Made by a program: the position numbers and the translations under genes. Below, in pieces: positions 18,231-28,179 of a stretch of DNA of 64,000 nt. The notes beneath the pieces were generated by a model that worked only from the letters and a program-made list of their open reading frames with translations, did not search any database and was not told the origin of the DNA. Numbering within the stretch: position 1 is the first letter of the stretch; every line of letters begins with the position of its first letter. Origin of the DNA: Verrucomicrobiota bacterium (GTDB lineage: Bacteria; Verrucomicrobiota; Verrucomicrobiia; Limisphaerales; SXTU01); assembly GCA_016235545.1 (NCBI GenBank), contig JACRKB010000189.1:1863-65862 (forward strand). Reading direction: 5' to 3'.

Positions 18231-19393
18231 GGACCGTCCTCGCCACCGTCTTGCTTGCATCCGTCTGCGCTCACGCGCGTGACATCCACGTTGGCAAAGA
18301 CGCTCCCACCATCCACGCCGCGATCAAGATCGCGCAGCCTGGTGACACCATTCACCTCGAACCCAAGGTCTATCGCGAGTATGCCGGCTTCTACGGCAAA
18401 CGAGGCGCGCCGGGCCGCCCCATTACTCTCGACGGTCACGGCGCCACGCTCGAAGGGTCCGATCCGATTGATCCATCGAAGTGGAGCGAGGTCTCGCCCG
18501 GCTTGTTCAAGAACGACAACCTGCTGCCACGACTCGACGACGCCATCACTGCGCGATGGTTCTTCATCATCAATGGCAAGATGAACCTCATGGGCCGCAC
18601 CTCGAAAGGCAGGAGCGCGCCCTACAAAACCCCCGAGGCCCTGCAAGCCAACGAATGGACCTTCATCAAAGGCCCGCCGCGTGCCGATGCGAAGCCGCAG
18701 CAATCTTTCGGGACATTTTTTCTCAAGCTCCCGGCGGGGCAGAAGCTCGCGGAGGCCGGCATCGCCATGCCCGTGCGCAGTGCCGGTGTGCAGCTCAGCG
18801 GCGACAACGCGCATCTGGTCATCAAGAACCTCACCGCCACGCATCCTTACAACGATGGCTTCAACATCCACGGCGACTGTCGCGATGTTGTTTTTGAAAA
18901 CATCCGCGCCATCGAATGTGGCGACGACGGCATCAGCGCGCACGAGTCCGCACAGTATCGGGTCGATGGCTTCGTGAGCATCGGCAACAGCACCGGCATC
19001 TGCGACACCGGCACCGCACAGACGAGTTACACTCGCGTCTTCATCGCCGACTGCGCTGGCGTGGACCTCTATTTCCTCGACCACGGTCGCTACGGCGTGA
19101 CGAACGCTGTGGTGTTCTCTTCCTCTCAACATGCGCTTGTCGTGACGGGTGACTGCCGCCTCACGCTGGACAATGTTCTCATCCGCCGCTCACGCCCGCT
19201 GCACGAAGGCAACGTAACCACCCGAGCCACGCTTGCCGCGAGGCGCTGCACTTTTGAAAACATGGAGGTCAAGGTGACGGGTGTGGCGACATGGGACGAT
19301 TGCCTCATCAACGGCAAACCAGCGCCGGATGCCCAAGCGAAGGGCGCAATCCTGCCCGAACTCAACAAACTCATCCCAAAGAATTACCAGTGA
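18227..19393 (+). CDS. Secreted right-handed parallel beta-helix repeat protein (pectate-lyase fold)
   Basis: Signal peptide. I.AAIKIAQPGDTIHL, then repeated turns: NDGFNIHGDCRDVVFENIRAIECGDDGISAHES. ATGA overlap with the upstream gene. Confidence 0.7.
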   Translation: MRTVLATVLLASVCAHARDIHVGKDAPTIHAAIKIAQPGDTIHLEPKVYREYAGFYGKRGAPGRPITLDGHGATLEGSDPIDPSKWSEVSPGLFKNDNLLPRLDDAITARWFFIINGKMNLMGRTSKGRSAPYKTPEALQANEWTFIKGPPRADAKPQQSFGTFFLKLPAGQKLAEAGIAMPVRSAGVQLSGDNAHLVIKNLTATHPYNDGFNIHGDCRDVVFENIRAIECGDDGISAHESAQYRVDGFVSIGNSTGICDTGTAQTSYTRVFIADCAGVDLYFLDHGRYGVTNAVVFSSSQHALVVTGDCRLTLDNVLIRRSRPLHEGNVTTRATLAARRCTFENMEVKVTGVATWDDCLINGKPAPDAQAKGAILPELNKLIPKNYQ

Positions 19394-20916
19394 TGAAATC
19401 GCTCATCCTCCTCGCCACCCTCGCCACATTGCCACTGCACGCCGAGGAGCGCGTGCTCTTTGCCTTTGATGAGCACAACATCGCTTGGCAGCACAACCTG
19501 AAGTTGACGCTCGTCGCGCCCGACAAGCATTCCGCGAATCCTGTCGTGCGCTGCGGGCCGAAGGGTTCGCCGGATTATGGCCACGCGATTCTCTACGGCA
19601 CCGTCCTCCATGACGGCCGCAAGTTCCGCATGTGGTATCTGGGGATGATCCAGCGGGAACTGGAGCGCGGCCAGGCTCCCGGCTGGTGGCGGCCGATGTG
19701 CTACGCCGAGAGCACCGACGGCATCGTGTGGACCAAGCCGGAGCTTGGGCTCGTGGACCTCGGCGGCAACAAGCAGAACAATATCTGCCTGCTCGAAGGC
19801 GAAGTTCACTCCATGACTCGGGTCAACGACTTCCTCTCCGTCATGCACGACCCGGAGGAGCGCGACCCCGCGCGGCGGTTCAAGGTGGCCTACATCGCAC
19901 ACATGCCCTACGACGACATTCGCGGCGGGATGAGCCGCGTTGGCGTGAAGGAATCGCGCGTCGGGGCCATGATCACGGCCACGAGCGCGGACGGCTTGCG
20001 CTGGAAGATCGTCGGGGATCGCCCGGCCAACGCGGGGGGCGAACGCTTTGAGGTCAGCAGCCTGTATCGCTTCGGCAAGTTCTACCACGCCTCCGGTCAG
20101 CTCGCCTCGCCATGGTGCTGGCTCAACGACGGGCGGCCGGCGGGTCGCGTGATGATGACGTATCGTTCGCCCGACTTCCGCTCGTGGTCGCAGGCGAAGG
20201 CGCTCTCGATGGTCCTGCCGCAACAGCAGACCGACCCGCAGCCGACCGTCAACGAGATGCTGCAAGGCTTCAGCAAACAGATGCACATGGGCGTCGGCGT
20301 GTGGAATCGCGGCAACGTTTTGGTGGGCTTGCAAGGCATCTGGCAGGCGCAGCCGGCCGGCACCAAAGGTCACGACGGCCTGAAGATTGACCTCGGTCTG
20401 GCCATCAGCAACGACGGTGTCCACTTCCGAGAGCCGGTTCCCAACTTCAAGTTCCTCGAACATGGCCGCGACGGCGAGTGGGACTCGATCGCGCTGCTGC
20501 AAGGCCACGCGTTCGTCAACGTCGGCGAGAAAACTTACATCTGGTATTCGCACTGGGACTGCGAGGGGAAATTCCGTTCGCAGGAGATCGGCCTGGCCAC
20601 GCTGAGGCGCGACGGCTTCGGTCATCTCTCGCGGAAGCAGGACGACAACGACGCGCACTTCATCACCAGCACGTTCACCGCGGGCAAGGCGAGCATCAAC
20701 GTGGACGGCATCACGCCGGAAGCGCCGTTGACCGTGCAACTGCTCGATCCTCTCGACCAGCCCATCGCCGGCTGCACCGCCACCATCACGCAGAACGGCA
20801 CGCGGCTGCCGATCCAGTGGAGCAAGAAAGTGCCCTCGGGCCGCAGCGTGGCCTTGCGGTTGAACTTCCCCGCCAACAGCCGCGCGAAGGTGTATGCGGT
20901 CTATCTCAACAATTGA
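19393..20916 (+). CDS. Secreted Asp-box beta-propeller glycosidase-like protein (paralog of 12056 and 32414)
   Basis: Signal peptide MKSLILLATLATLPLHA. FRMWYLG, ESTDGIVWTKPELG, SADGLRWKI and ISNDGVHFRE. TGATG stop/start overlap with the upstream gene. Confidence 0.55.
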   Translation: MKSLILLATLATLPLHAEERVLFAFDEHNIAWQHNLKLTLVAPDKHSANPVVRCGPKGSPDYGHAILYGTVLHDGRKFRMWYLGMIQRELERGQAPGWWRPMCYAESTDGIVWTKPELGLVDLGGNKQNNICLLEGEVHSMTRVNDFLSVMHDPEERDPARRFKVAYIAHMPYDDIRGGMSRVGVKESRVGAMITATSADGLRWKIVGDRPANAGGERFEVSSLYRFGKFYHASGQLASPWCWLNDGRPAGRVMMTYRSPDFRSWSQAKALSMVLPQQQTDPQPTVNEMLQGFSKQMHMGVGVWNRGNVLVGLQGIWQAQPAGTKGHDGLKIDLGLAISNDGVHFREPVPNFKFLEHGRDGEWDSIALLQGHAFVNVGEKTYIWYSHWDCEGKFRSQEIGLATLRRDGFGHLSRKQDDNDAHFITSTFTAGKASINVDGITPEAPLTVQLLDPLDQPIAGCTATITQNGTRLPIQWSKKVPSGRSVALRLNFPANSRAKVYAVYLNN

Positions 20917-20965
20917 ACCAACTCGCCATTCATTTTGTCAGAGTGAGGCACCAATAATCACCAAC

Positions 20966-22567
20966 ATGAATCGCGCCAAGCCGACATCCGAACCGCCACA
21001 GTCAACTCATCTGCCGCAAACAGGCCCCGGAGCCTCCCTTGTTCCTGATCACTCACGCCGCCGTTTCCTCAAGTCCACGGTGTTGGCTGGCGCCACAGTG
21101 ACAGTCGGCGGGTTTGCCCACGCAGCGGCAGCGGACGGCAAGGCTCCGGGGGAACCCGATGTGGAACTTGAACTCACGGCTGCGCCCGGCGAACTCCCGC
21201 TGTTCAAAGGCAAGGCGACCCCTGTCTGGCGTTACGAGGGAAATGTTCTCAAAGGCCGCAAGGACTCCCTCCGGCTTGGCGAGGGTTATCTCGGCCCAAC
21301 TCTTCACCTCCTCCGTGGCGAGCGCGTTCGCATCCACTTCGCGAATAATCTCCCCGAGGCTTCGATAATTCACTGGCACGGATTGATCGTCCCTCATGCG
21401 GCAGATGGGCTTCCCAGCCACGCGGTCTTGCCCAAGGGACGCTACACCTACGACTTCACGGTCACGAATCCGGCGGGGACTTACCCGTATCACCCGCATC
21501 CTCATATGCGCACGGGGCCGCAGGTGTATCGCGGGCTGGCAGGCATCATCATCGTCCGTGATCCCGCGCACGACAGCATCGGGCTGCCAGGCGGAAAGCA
21601 GGACCTCAGCCTGGTGATTCAGGACCGGCGCGTGGACGCCGACAATCGCTTTGTCTATTCCGAGGCCATGATGGACATGATGGGCGGAATGCTCGGCCCC
21701 ACCGTGATGGTCAATGGCCGTCCCGACGCCGCCTTTCGCATCGAGCGGCGGCCCCATCGCCTGCGTCTGCTCAACGCCTCCAACGCACGCATCTACAAAC
21801 TCGCGTGGTCGGACGGCTCGCCCATGCACGTCATCGGCACCGATGGCGGCCTGCTCTCCGGCGACGAGGGGCCGCAGCAGCGCCCGTTCGTCGTCCTCGC
21901 GCCCTTTGAGCGCGTCGAGCTGTGGGAGGATTTCTCGACCCGGAAACCCGGCGCCCAGCTCACGCTCGTCAGCGAGCAGTTCACCATCAACATGGGCATG
22001 GTCGGCATGGGACCGGGCCGGGGCGGCGGGCCCGGCATGATGATGAACATGAACATGGGCGGGGGTGAGAAGCTGCAAATCGCCCGGTTCGAGATTCAGC
22101 CAGGCGATGCGCGCCCCGGTGCGCTGCCCAAGTTGCCGGGCCAGAAACCCAGGCTGGCGGAGGCGAAGCGCGAAGTCCGCACCACGCTGGGCTTCCGGAT
22201 GATGCGCGGTTTCCTCAATGGGCGGAACTTCAAGGAGGACGACCTGCTCGACCAGGAGAAGTTGAAACTCAACGAGCCGGTCATCTGGACTTTCGACAAC
22301 GCGAGCGAAATGGGGATGCAGATGCCGCATCCCATGCACATCCACGCCGTCCAGTTCCGCGTGGTCGAACGCAAGGGCGGAAGCATGGGCGAGCTGGCCA
22401 AGGGCGTCATGGACGACGGCTGGAAAGACACGGTGCTGGTCTTCCCCGGAGAAACCGTGAAGCTGCACGTGCAGCCGACCGAGCGCGGCACCTTTGTCTA
22501 TCATTGCCACAACCTGGAGCACGAGGACATGGGCATGATGCGCCACTTTGAGGTGGCTGGCGGATAG
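20966..22567 (+). CDS. TAT-exported multicopper oxidase with methionine-rich insert
   Basis: Twin-arginine leader SRRRFLKSTVLAGA. Copper ligand motifs HWHGL, HPHPH, HPMHIHAVQF and YHCHNLEHEDMGMM. Met-rich loop GMVGMGPGRGGGPGMMMNMNMGGG. Confidence 0.9.
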   Translation: MNRAKPTSEPPQSTHLPQTGPGASLVPDHSRRRFLKSTVLAGATVTVGGFAHAAAADGKAPGEPDVELELTAAPGELPLFKGKATPVWRYEGNVLKGRKDSLRLGEGYLGPTLHLLRGERVRIHFANNLPEASIIHWHGLIVPHAADGLPSHAVLPKGRYTYDFTVTNPAGTYPYHPHPHMRTGPQVYRGLAGIIIVRDPAHDSIGLPGGKQDLSLVIQDRRVDADNRFVYSEAMMDMMGGMLGPTVMVNGRPDAAFRIERRPHRLRLLNASNARIYKLAWSDGSPMHVIGTDGGLLSGDEGPQQRPFVVLAPFERVELWEDFSTRKPGAQLTLVSEQFTINMGMVGMGPGRGGGPGMMMNMNMGGGEKLQIARFEIQPGDARPGALPKLPGQKPRLAEAKREVRTTLGFRMMRGFLNGRNFKEDDLLDQEKLKLNEPVIWTFDNASEMGMQMPHPMHIHAVQFRVVERKGGSMGELAKGVMDDGWKDTVLVFPGETVKLHVQPTERGTFVYHCHNLEHEDMGMMRHFEVAGG

Positions 22568-22622
22568 GACACTGACAGGATGAGTTCCGAAACACGTCCA
22601 AAATGCCGCCCACATCACCATC

Positions 22623-24122
22623 ATGAATCCCCCCAACGAGAACGACGAGCTGGCACTCTCCAGCCGGTTTCGGAAGACAGCAGGCGCAAGTTTCCTTCAC
22701 GCGCTCCTCGCCGCGATTCTGTTCCTGCCTGCGCTCGCACTTCACGCCGAAGACTGGCCGCAGTTTCGCGGAGGCAATGCCAGCGGTGTCTCGTCGAGCA
22801 CGGGGCTGCCCGCAGAGTTCTCCTCGCAGAAAAACGTCGCGTGGCGGGTGAAGCTCGGTGATGGCATCGGCTCGCCGGCGGTGATGAGGGGCCGCGTCTT
22901 CAGCACGGCGATGGTGGGTGAACGTGCGGTCGCAGTGTTCGCTCTGGATGCCGCGAGCGGACAGCAGCTCTGGCGCACGGAGTTCGCGACGGGCGTCTTG
23001 CCGCGCATCACGCCGCCGAACAGCCACGCTTCATCCACGCCCGCTGCCGATGGCGACCGGGTCTATGTCCACTTCAGCACCATCGGCCTGCTCGCCTTCG
23101 ATGCGGCCACCGGTGCCGAGGTTTGGCGCTACGCGATGACGAAGCCCGCGTATCTCATGGACTGGGGCGCGGCTTCGTCGCCAATCGTCCACGGGGGCAT
23201 GGTCATCTTTTGTCAGGACGATGACCTCGCGCCGTTCCTCGTCGCGGTGGATGCGAAGACGGGGAAGGAGAAATGGAAGACGCTGCGCAAGGACATGCTC
23301 GCGGGCTATGCGTTGCCCGTGATGTGCAAGGCCAATGGCCGCACAGACCTCGTCATCGCCGGCAGCGGCAAGCTGAAGGGCTACGACCCCGGGACGGGCC
23401 GCGAGCTGTGGACGTGCAACACGCTGCTGCGGACCATCATGACTTCGCCCGTGGTCAATGACGGCGTCATTTACATCGCCGTGCAGAGCTACGGTGACTC
23501 CACGCGCACGCTCAAGCACGCGCTGCTGGAGTGGCTCGACACGAATCAGGACGGCATCCTCTCGCGCGACGAGGTGCCGAAGGAATTCCACGAGCGCTTC
23601 GATGCCTCCGACAAAAACAAGGACGGCAAGATTGGTCCCGAGGAAATCGACACTGCCTTCCAAAGCTCTGAGAACATGGCCGCCGGCGGCAACATCATCC
23701 AGGCAGTCAAGGGCGGCGGCACGGGCGATGTGACGAAGACCCATGTGCTCTGGAACTTCGATCACAAGACGCCCTCGAACCTCTCCTCGCCACTCTTCTA
23801 CAACCACCGGCTCTACCTCGTGAAGAGCGGCGGCATGTCGAGCTGCTACGATGCGCGCGATGGCAAGGTGCTCTGGGAGCGCACGCGGCTGGGCAATTTT
23901 GGCGACTACTTCGCCTCGCCCATCGCCGCCGATGGCAAGGTCTTCATCACAGGCAAGAACGGGTTCGTCATGGTGCTCAAGGACGGCCCAGAGATGAGGG
24001 TCCTCGCCAAGAATGACATTGGAGAGGAGATCATCGCCACGCCTGCGATTGCCGACGGGCGCATCTTCATTCGCACCCGCGAGAACCTGATCTGCGTGGC
24101 CAGCAAGCCAGCCAAACCCTGA
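22623..24122 (+). CDS. PQQ-like (BamB-type) beta-propeller repeat protein with embedded EF-hand pair
   Basis: DWPQFRGGNASGV, repeated W-containing blades, and two EF-hand loops (DTNQDGILSRDE and DKNKDGKIGPEE). Confidence 0.75.
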   Translation: MNPPNENDELALSSRFRKTAGASFLHALLAAILFLPALALHAEDWPQFRGGNASGVSSSTGLPAEFSSQKNVAWRVKLGDGIGSPAVMRGRVFSTAMVGERAVAVFALDAASGQQLWRTEFATGVLPRITPPNSHASSTPAADGDRVYVHFSTIGLLAFDAATGAEVWRYAMTKPAYLMDWGAASSPIVHGGMVIFCQDDDLAPFLVAVDAKTGKEKWKTLRKDMLAGYALPVMCKANGRTDLVIAGSGKLKGYDPGTGRELWTCNTLLRTIMTSPVVNDGVIYIAVQSYGDSTRTLKHALLEWLDTNQDGILSRDEVPKEFHERFDASDKNKDGKIGPEEIDTAFQSSENMAAGGNIIQAVKGGGTGDVTKTHVLWNFDHKTPSNLSSPLFYNHRLYLVKSGGMSSCYDARDGKVLWERTRLGNFGDYFASPIAADGKVFITGKNGFVMVLKDGPEMRVLAKNDIGEEIIATPAIADGRIFIRTRENLICVASKPAKP

Positions 24123-24128
24123 CCCGCC

Positions 24129-25574
24129 ATGTGGAAAATCTTTTCCCTCTGCCTCGCGCTCCTCAGCCCGGCCTTCGCTGCGCCAAAGATCACTATTGTC
24201 GTTGGTGAGAAGGCACCTGCCGTGGAAAAAGTCGCGGCGACGCAACTCGCCCACGACCTGACCGCGCTCTTCGAGGCCGACGTTCGAATTCAAACCGCAC
24301 TGCCCGGCGGTGCAGGCAGCACGATCCTGCTCGGCAGCCCCGCCACCAATCCTGCAATCCCCGCCGATGGCTGGCCCCGGCTGTCGCCGCAAGGCCACGT
24401 GCTCAAGACCACGCCGCGCGGTCTCATCGTCGGCGGAGGCAGTCCCGCAGCCACGCTGTGGGCTGTGAGCGAACTGTCGTATCGCTTCGGCATCCGCCAC
24501 CTGCTGCACGGTGACGTGCTGCCCATCGCGAAGCCGCCTTTCAAAGTCGATGGCTTCGACGTGCTGCTCGACACAAAGACGAGGTCGCGAGCGTGGGATG
24601 GATTCAACGGCCAGCCTTTCGGCTTGGACTCGTGGAGCGCCGACGATTGCGACGCCCTGCTGGCCCAGCTCGCGAAGCTGAAGTTCACGCACATCGTCCT
24701 GCCGGAAAAGATCGCACCGTTCAAACCGCTGCCGGTGGACGGTGACTCCGCCGGGCGCACCGCATTCAAAGGGGCGAAGGCTTTCGCCAATCCCGACGCT
24801 GCTGCCGTGGTGGCTCACCTCAAAGTGAAAGCTGCGGAGCTTGGTCTCGGCGTCATTGCTTCCGGTCCAGCCGCTGATTCGCTCGTGCATCTCGGCGCTC
24901 CGTCGAGCTCCGTGCTGCCGCAGTTCTCGCTCCAGAAACTTGCTGCCGATCTCGCGGGGCACGAGCGGATTGTTTGCCGGGCCACGATGGCCGGCGATCT
25001 GGATGCCTCGGCGCATTTTGTCAGCCGCGCGGCCTTCGATTCCAAGCTCACGCCGGAGCGTGCTCTGGCCGATCTGGTCACGCCGATTTGTGGAGAGGGT
25101 GTCGCCGAGCGCCTGTGGATGGGCTTTGGTCATGTCGAGAAAGCGGCCCGGCTCATTGCAGCCAACGACCCTCGTGTCGGCGTGCCGGACACCAGGCTGT
25201 TTCTCCGGCATCTCGAATCCAAGGAGCCGTTGCCCGCGTGGATCACCGAAGCGAAGACCCATTACACCGCCGCGATGAACGAGATGTATCGCGGCAACAC
25301 GCGCGCCCGTGGCGGGGCGCGGCCCTTCATCCTCTACCATGCCAAGCGGCTTGAGTTCGCACTGCACTACTTTCTTGCGCTGGAGTCGCTCTACAAGGCC
25401 CACGGCGCCCCGGTGCGGGCCGACTCGCTGGAAGCCGCCGTGGAGTCCACCTACAACGCGCTCAACGCCTATGCCGACGTGGCGCGCGACCCCAGCGATC
25501 GCGGCGTCATCGCCGTGCTGAACGAGCACGGATATCGTGCGCTGCGCAAGGTCGCCGACCGGGATGGAAAGTGA
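24129..25574 (+). CDS. Hypothetical secreted protein, possible glycoside-hydrolase accessory-type N-terminal domain
   Basis: Signal peptide. The N-terminal region (ITIVVG...ATQLAHDL...GHVLKTTPRGLIVGGGSPAATLWAVSEL) resembles the alpha/beta N-domains of GH20, GH67 and GH115 enzymes. I recognised no catalytic motif. Confidence 0.35.
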   Translation: MWKIFSLCLALLSPAFAAPKITIVVGEKAPAVEKVAATQLAHDLTALFEADVRIQTALPGGAGSTILLGSPATNPAIPADGWPRLSPQGHVLKTTPRGLIVGGGSPAATLWAVSELSYRFGIRHLLHGDVLPIAKPPFKVDGFDVLLDTKTRSRAWDGFNGQPFGLDSWSADDCDALLAQLAKLKFTHIVLPEKIAPFKPLPVDGDSAGRTAFKGAKAFANPDAAAVVAHLKVKAAELGLGVIASGPAADSLVHLGAPSSSVLPQFSLQKLAADLAGHERIVCRATMAGDLDASAHFVSRAAFDSKLTPERALADLVTPICGEGVAERLWMGFGHVEKAARLIAANDPRVGVPDTRLFLRHLESKEPLPAWITEAKTHYTAAMNEMYRGNTRARGGARPFILYHAKRLEFALHYFLALESLYKAHGAPVRADSLEAAVESTYNALNAYADVARDPSDRGVIAVLNEHGYRALRKVADRDGK

Positions 25575-25580
25575 CGCGCC

Positions 25581-26501
25581 ATGTCTGAACCCATCGTCTA
25601 TTTGAACCACGGTTTCGTCCCTGCCTCGCAGGCGAAGCTGAACATCTACGACCTCGGCCTCGTGCTCGGCGCGACGCTCACGGAGATGACACGCACGTTT
25701 CGGCATCAGCCGTTCCGCGCTGAGGAGCATGTTGCTCGTCTCTATCGCTCGCTGAAGTATTCCGGCATCACAGTTCCTCTAACGCAGGAGGAGATGCTGG
25801 CGCGGACGCGTGAGCTTGCCGAAGCCAACTGCAAGCTGCTGCGGCCGGACGAGGACATTGGGATCGTCCACTTCGTCACGCCGGGCGAACACGCGATGTA
25901 TGCCGGCAGCGCGGGCGCGGCTGCGCCTTTGACGCCCACGATCTGCATCCACTCGTTTCCGCTGCGCTTCATCATGTGGCGGCACTTGTTCGTCGAAGGC
26001 GCGCACGTCGTCACGCCGTCCATCCGTCACATCCCGCCGCAGTGCATCGAGCCAAAGATGAAGAACCGCAGCCGCCTGCACTGGTTCCTCGCCGACAAGC
26101 AGTCGCAGGCCGTGGACCCGCGCGCGATCACGCTGCTGCTCGATCTCGAAGGCAACGTCACCGAGTGCGCCGGCTCGAACTTTGTCATCATCAAGGATCA
26201 CACGATCATCTCGCCGACGACGCGAAACATTCTGTGGGGCGTCAGCCTGCAAACCGTGAAGGAACTCGCGCCAAACCTCGGCATGGAGTTTGTGGAGAAA
26301 GAATTCCAGCCCTACGACGTGGTCAACGCCGACGAAGCCTGGCTCACCACCACGCCTTATTGCCTGGCTCCATGCACAAAGATCAACAACATCCCCATCG
26401 GCACCGGCAAACCGGGGCCGATGTTCCAGCAGATGCTCGCGGCATGGAGCCGGCGCGTCGGCATGGACATCGAGGCGCAGTTGCTAAAGGCGCAGGGATG
26501 A
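25581..26501 (+). CDS. Class IV PLP aminotransferase family protein (D-amino-acid/branched-chain aminotransferase or ADC lyase-like)
   Basis: YLNHGFVPASQAKLNIYDLGLVLGATLTEMTRTF....F...EHVARLYRS matches the fold-type IV N-terminal pattern. The length (~306 aa) is typical. Confidence 0.7.
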   Translation: MSEPIVYLNHGFVPASQAKLNIYDLGLVLGATLTEMTRTFRHQPFRAEEHVARLYRSLKYSGITVPLTQEEMLARTRELAEANCKLLRPDEDIGIVHFVTPGEHAMYAGSAGAAAPLTPTICIHSFPLRFIMWRHLFVEGAHVVTPSIRHIPPQCIEPKMKNRSRLHWFLADKQSQAVDPRAITLLLDLEGNVTECAGSNFVIIKDHTIISPTTRNILWGVSLQTVKELAPNLGMEFVEKEFQPYDVVNADEAWLTTTPYCLAPCTKINNIPIGTGKPGPMFQQMLAAWSRRVGMDIEAQLLKAQG

Positions 26502-26588
26502 AGCTCATGAAAGAAGTCCCGACGCTGCAACGTGCCACTCTGTTTCAGGCTCGCCAATGTCAGTCGCACCTCGTGACGGCTTGAGCTC

Positions 26589-27368
26589 TTATTTCGCCGT
26601 GTAGCCGCCGTCCACGGGGAGGTTCACGCCGGTGATGTAGCGGGAGGCTTCGCTCAACAGGAACACCACTGCGCCGCCGAGGTCGCTGTCGTCCGCCATG
26701 CGGTTGAGCATGGTGTGCTCGCAGTAGCGCTTCAAGAAAGGCTCGGGTTGGTGGTTGAAGAAGCCACCGGGAGCAAGGCAGTTCACGCGCACACCGCGCG
26801 GGCCGTAGAGCGCGGCGTAGAAACGGGTGAGGTTCAACATTCCGCCCTTGTGGAAGAAGTAATCCGGCGGCATGTCGCCCATGTTGGTGCCTTCATACAA
26901 CTCGTAGCTCGGGCCGATCATGCCCTGGATGCTGCCGATGTTCACGATGCTCCCGCTTCCCGCCGCCGCCATCGCTTCGCCGAAGTGGCGGTGCATGAGC
27001 ATGACGCCAGTGGCGTTCACGCGCAGCGATTCCTCCCATTGCGCCACGCTGCCGCCCGCGCCTTTCATCGGGCGCAACACGGAGTTGTTCACCAAACCGT
27101 GCAGGACGTCGAAGCGCTCTTCGATGCGTGTCTTCAATGCGAGGATGGAGGCTTCATCGCCTTGATCGAAGCTCTCCGCGAAGACGCGGTGGCCGCGCGC
27201 GGTTTCCTCGGCGGCGACGCTTCGGAGCTTGTCCGCGTTGCGCGAGGCGATGACAAGGGTCGCGCCGGCCTCCGCAAGTGCCGCTGCGAGGCCGCGACCG
27301 AACAGGCCAGCCGCGCCGGTGAGCAGGACGACTTTGTCTTGCAGGCTGAAGCTGTTGATTGTGCTCAT
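26589..27368 (-). CDS. SDR family oxidoreductase
   Basis: Start MSTINSFSLQDKVVLLTGAAGLFGRG (TGxxGxxG), NNS motif, and C-terminal ASRYITGVNLPVDGGYTA. Confidence 0.85.
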   Translation of the reverse strand: MSTINSFSLQDKVVLLTGAAGLFGRGLAAALAEAGATLVIASRNADKLRSVAAEETARGHRVFAESFDQGDEASILALKTRIEERFDVLHGLVNNSVLRPMKGAGGSVAQWEESLRVNATGVMLMHRHFGEAMAAAGSGSIVNIGSIQGMIGPSYELYEGTNMGDMPPDYFFHKGGMLNLTRFYAALYGPRGVRVNCLAPGGFFNHQPEPFLKRYCEHTMLNRMADDSDLGGAVVFLLSEASRYITGVNLPVDGGYTAK

Positions 27369-28174
27369 GGCTTGGCTTGGTAGGTGGATGCCGGCGCAAC
27401 TGCGCTGACGGCCCGGTAGTCGGCGACCATCTTGTTGAAGGCTGCGCCAAGGCTGACCACATCCGCGCCGAGATTGAAGATGCGCCAACCTTCAGCTTCG
27501 AGTTCCGCACGCGGGGCGATCAGGCCGGGCGTCATGAGAAACTTCCCATGCTGCTGTGCGGCGGCGGCCACGCGCTTTCTCGCCGCCACCACCGCTGCAT
27601 CACCGAGCTGGCCGGCCTTGCCGATGAGATGGCTGAAGTCGCCGGGGCCGAAGAGCAGCACATCGAACCCCGGCACAGCGGCGATCTCCTCCACGTTGGC
27701 GAGGGCATCCGGCGACTCGATTTGAAAGATGAGCAGGCGTTCCGTGTTGCCGTGCTTGAGGTAATCGCCGATCGGTATCTGGCAGAAGCCGCCGTCAATG
27801 TTCCCACCGTCCATCGGGCGGCGGCCTAGCGGCATGAAGCGGGTCATCTCCACGATCTTGCGCGCCTCGTCGGCGGTGGTCACGTGCGGCACCATGATCG
27901 CCGTGGCGTCCATCTCGAACGGCTTCACGTAGTCGCTGTAACTGCCCTTGCTCACGCGGACGATGCTGTCGAGGTCGTGCAGCTTCGCGGCGCGCACCTG
28001 GTTTTCGAGATTGATCCAGTCATTGGGCACGTGCTCGTTGCACAGCCAGACGGCGGAGGCACCGGACAGTCCGGCCATCTCGGTGATGCGCGGGTCGTTG
28101 AGGTTGAGCTTGAGGGTGGCGGGGTTCTTGCCGGCGTTCAGTTCGCGAAGGAGTCTTGAGGGGCGGAGTTTCAT
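27365..28174 (-). CDS. HpcH/HpaI family class II (pyruvate/2-keto-3-deoxy-acid) aldolase
   Basis: IVRVSKGSYSDYVKPFEMDATAIMVPHVTTADEARKIVEMTRFMPLGRR, then FQIESPDALANVEEIAAVPGFDVLLFGPGDFS. 4-nt overlap with the downstream SDR. Confidence 0.8.
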   Translation of the reverse strand: MKLRPSRLLRELNAGKNPATLKLNLNDPRITEMAGLSGASAVWLCNEHVPNDWINLENQVRAAKLHDLDSIVRVSKGSYSDYVKPFEMDATAIMVPHVTTADEARKIVEMTRFMPLGRRPMDGGNIDGGFCQIPIGDYLKHGNTERLLIFQIESPDALANVEEIAAVPGFDVLLFGPGDFSHLIGKAGQLGDAAVVAARKRVAAAAQQHGKFLMTPGLIAPRAELEAEGWRIFNLGADVVSLGAAFNKMVADYRAVSAVAPASTYQAKP

Positions 28175-28179
28175 GTAAG

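Noticed and set aside
10216-22636. Other long antisense ORFs (10216-11298, 12080-13204, 13537-14511, 15029-16228, 18194-19132, 19384-20739, 21053-22636; also 39942-41330, 44400-45227, 46523-47377, 47484-48500, 56780-57790)
   Set aside because: Each lies opposite a plus-strand gene with clear family motifs. None shows a recognisable domain, and their compositions are typical of the complementary frame of high-GC3 genes.
23031-25730. 899-aa minus-strand ORF
   Set aside because: It is antisense to three plus-strand genes with recognisable domains (PQQ propeller, secreted hypothetical, class IV aminotransferase). Its composition (R, G, A, H, V rich) and lack of motifs indicate a GC-driven shadow ORF.
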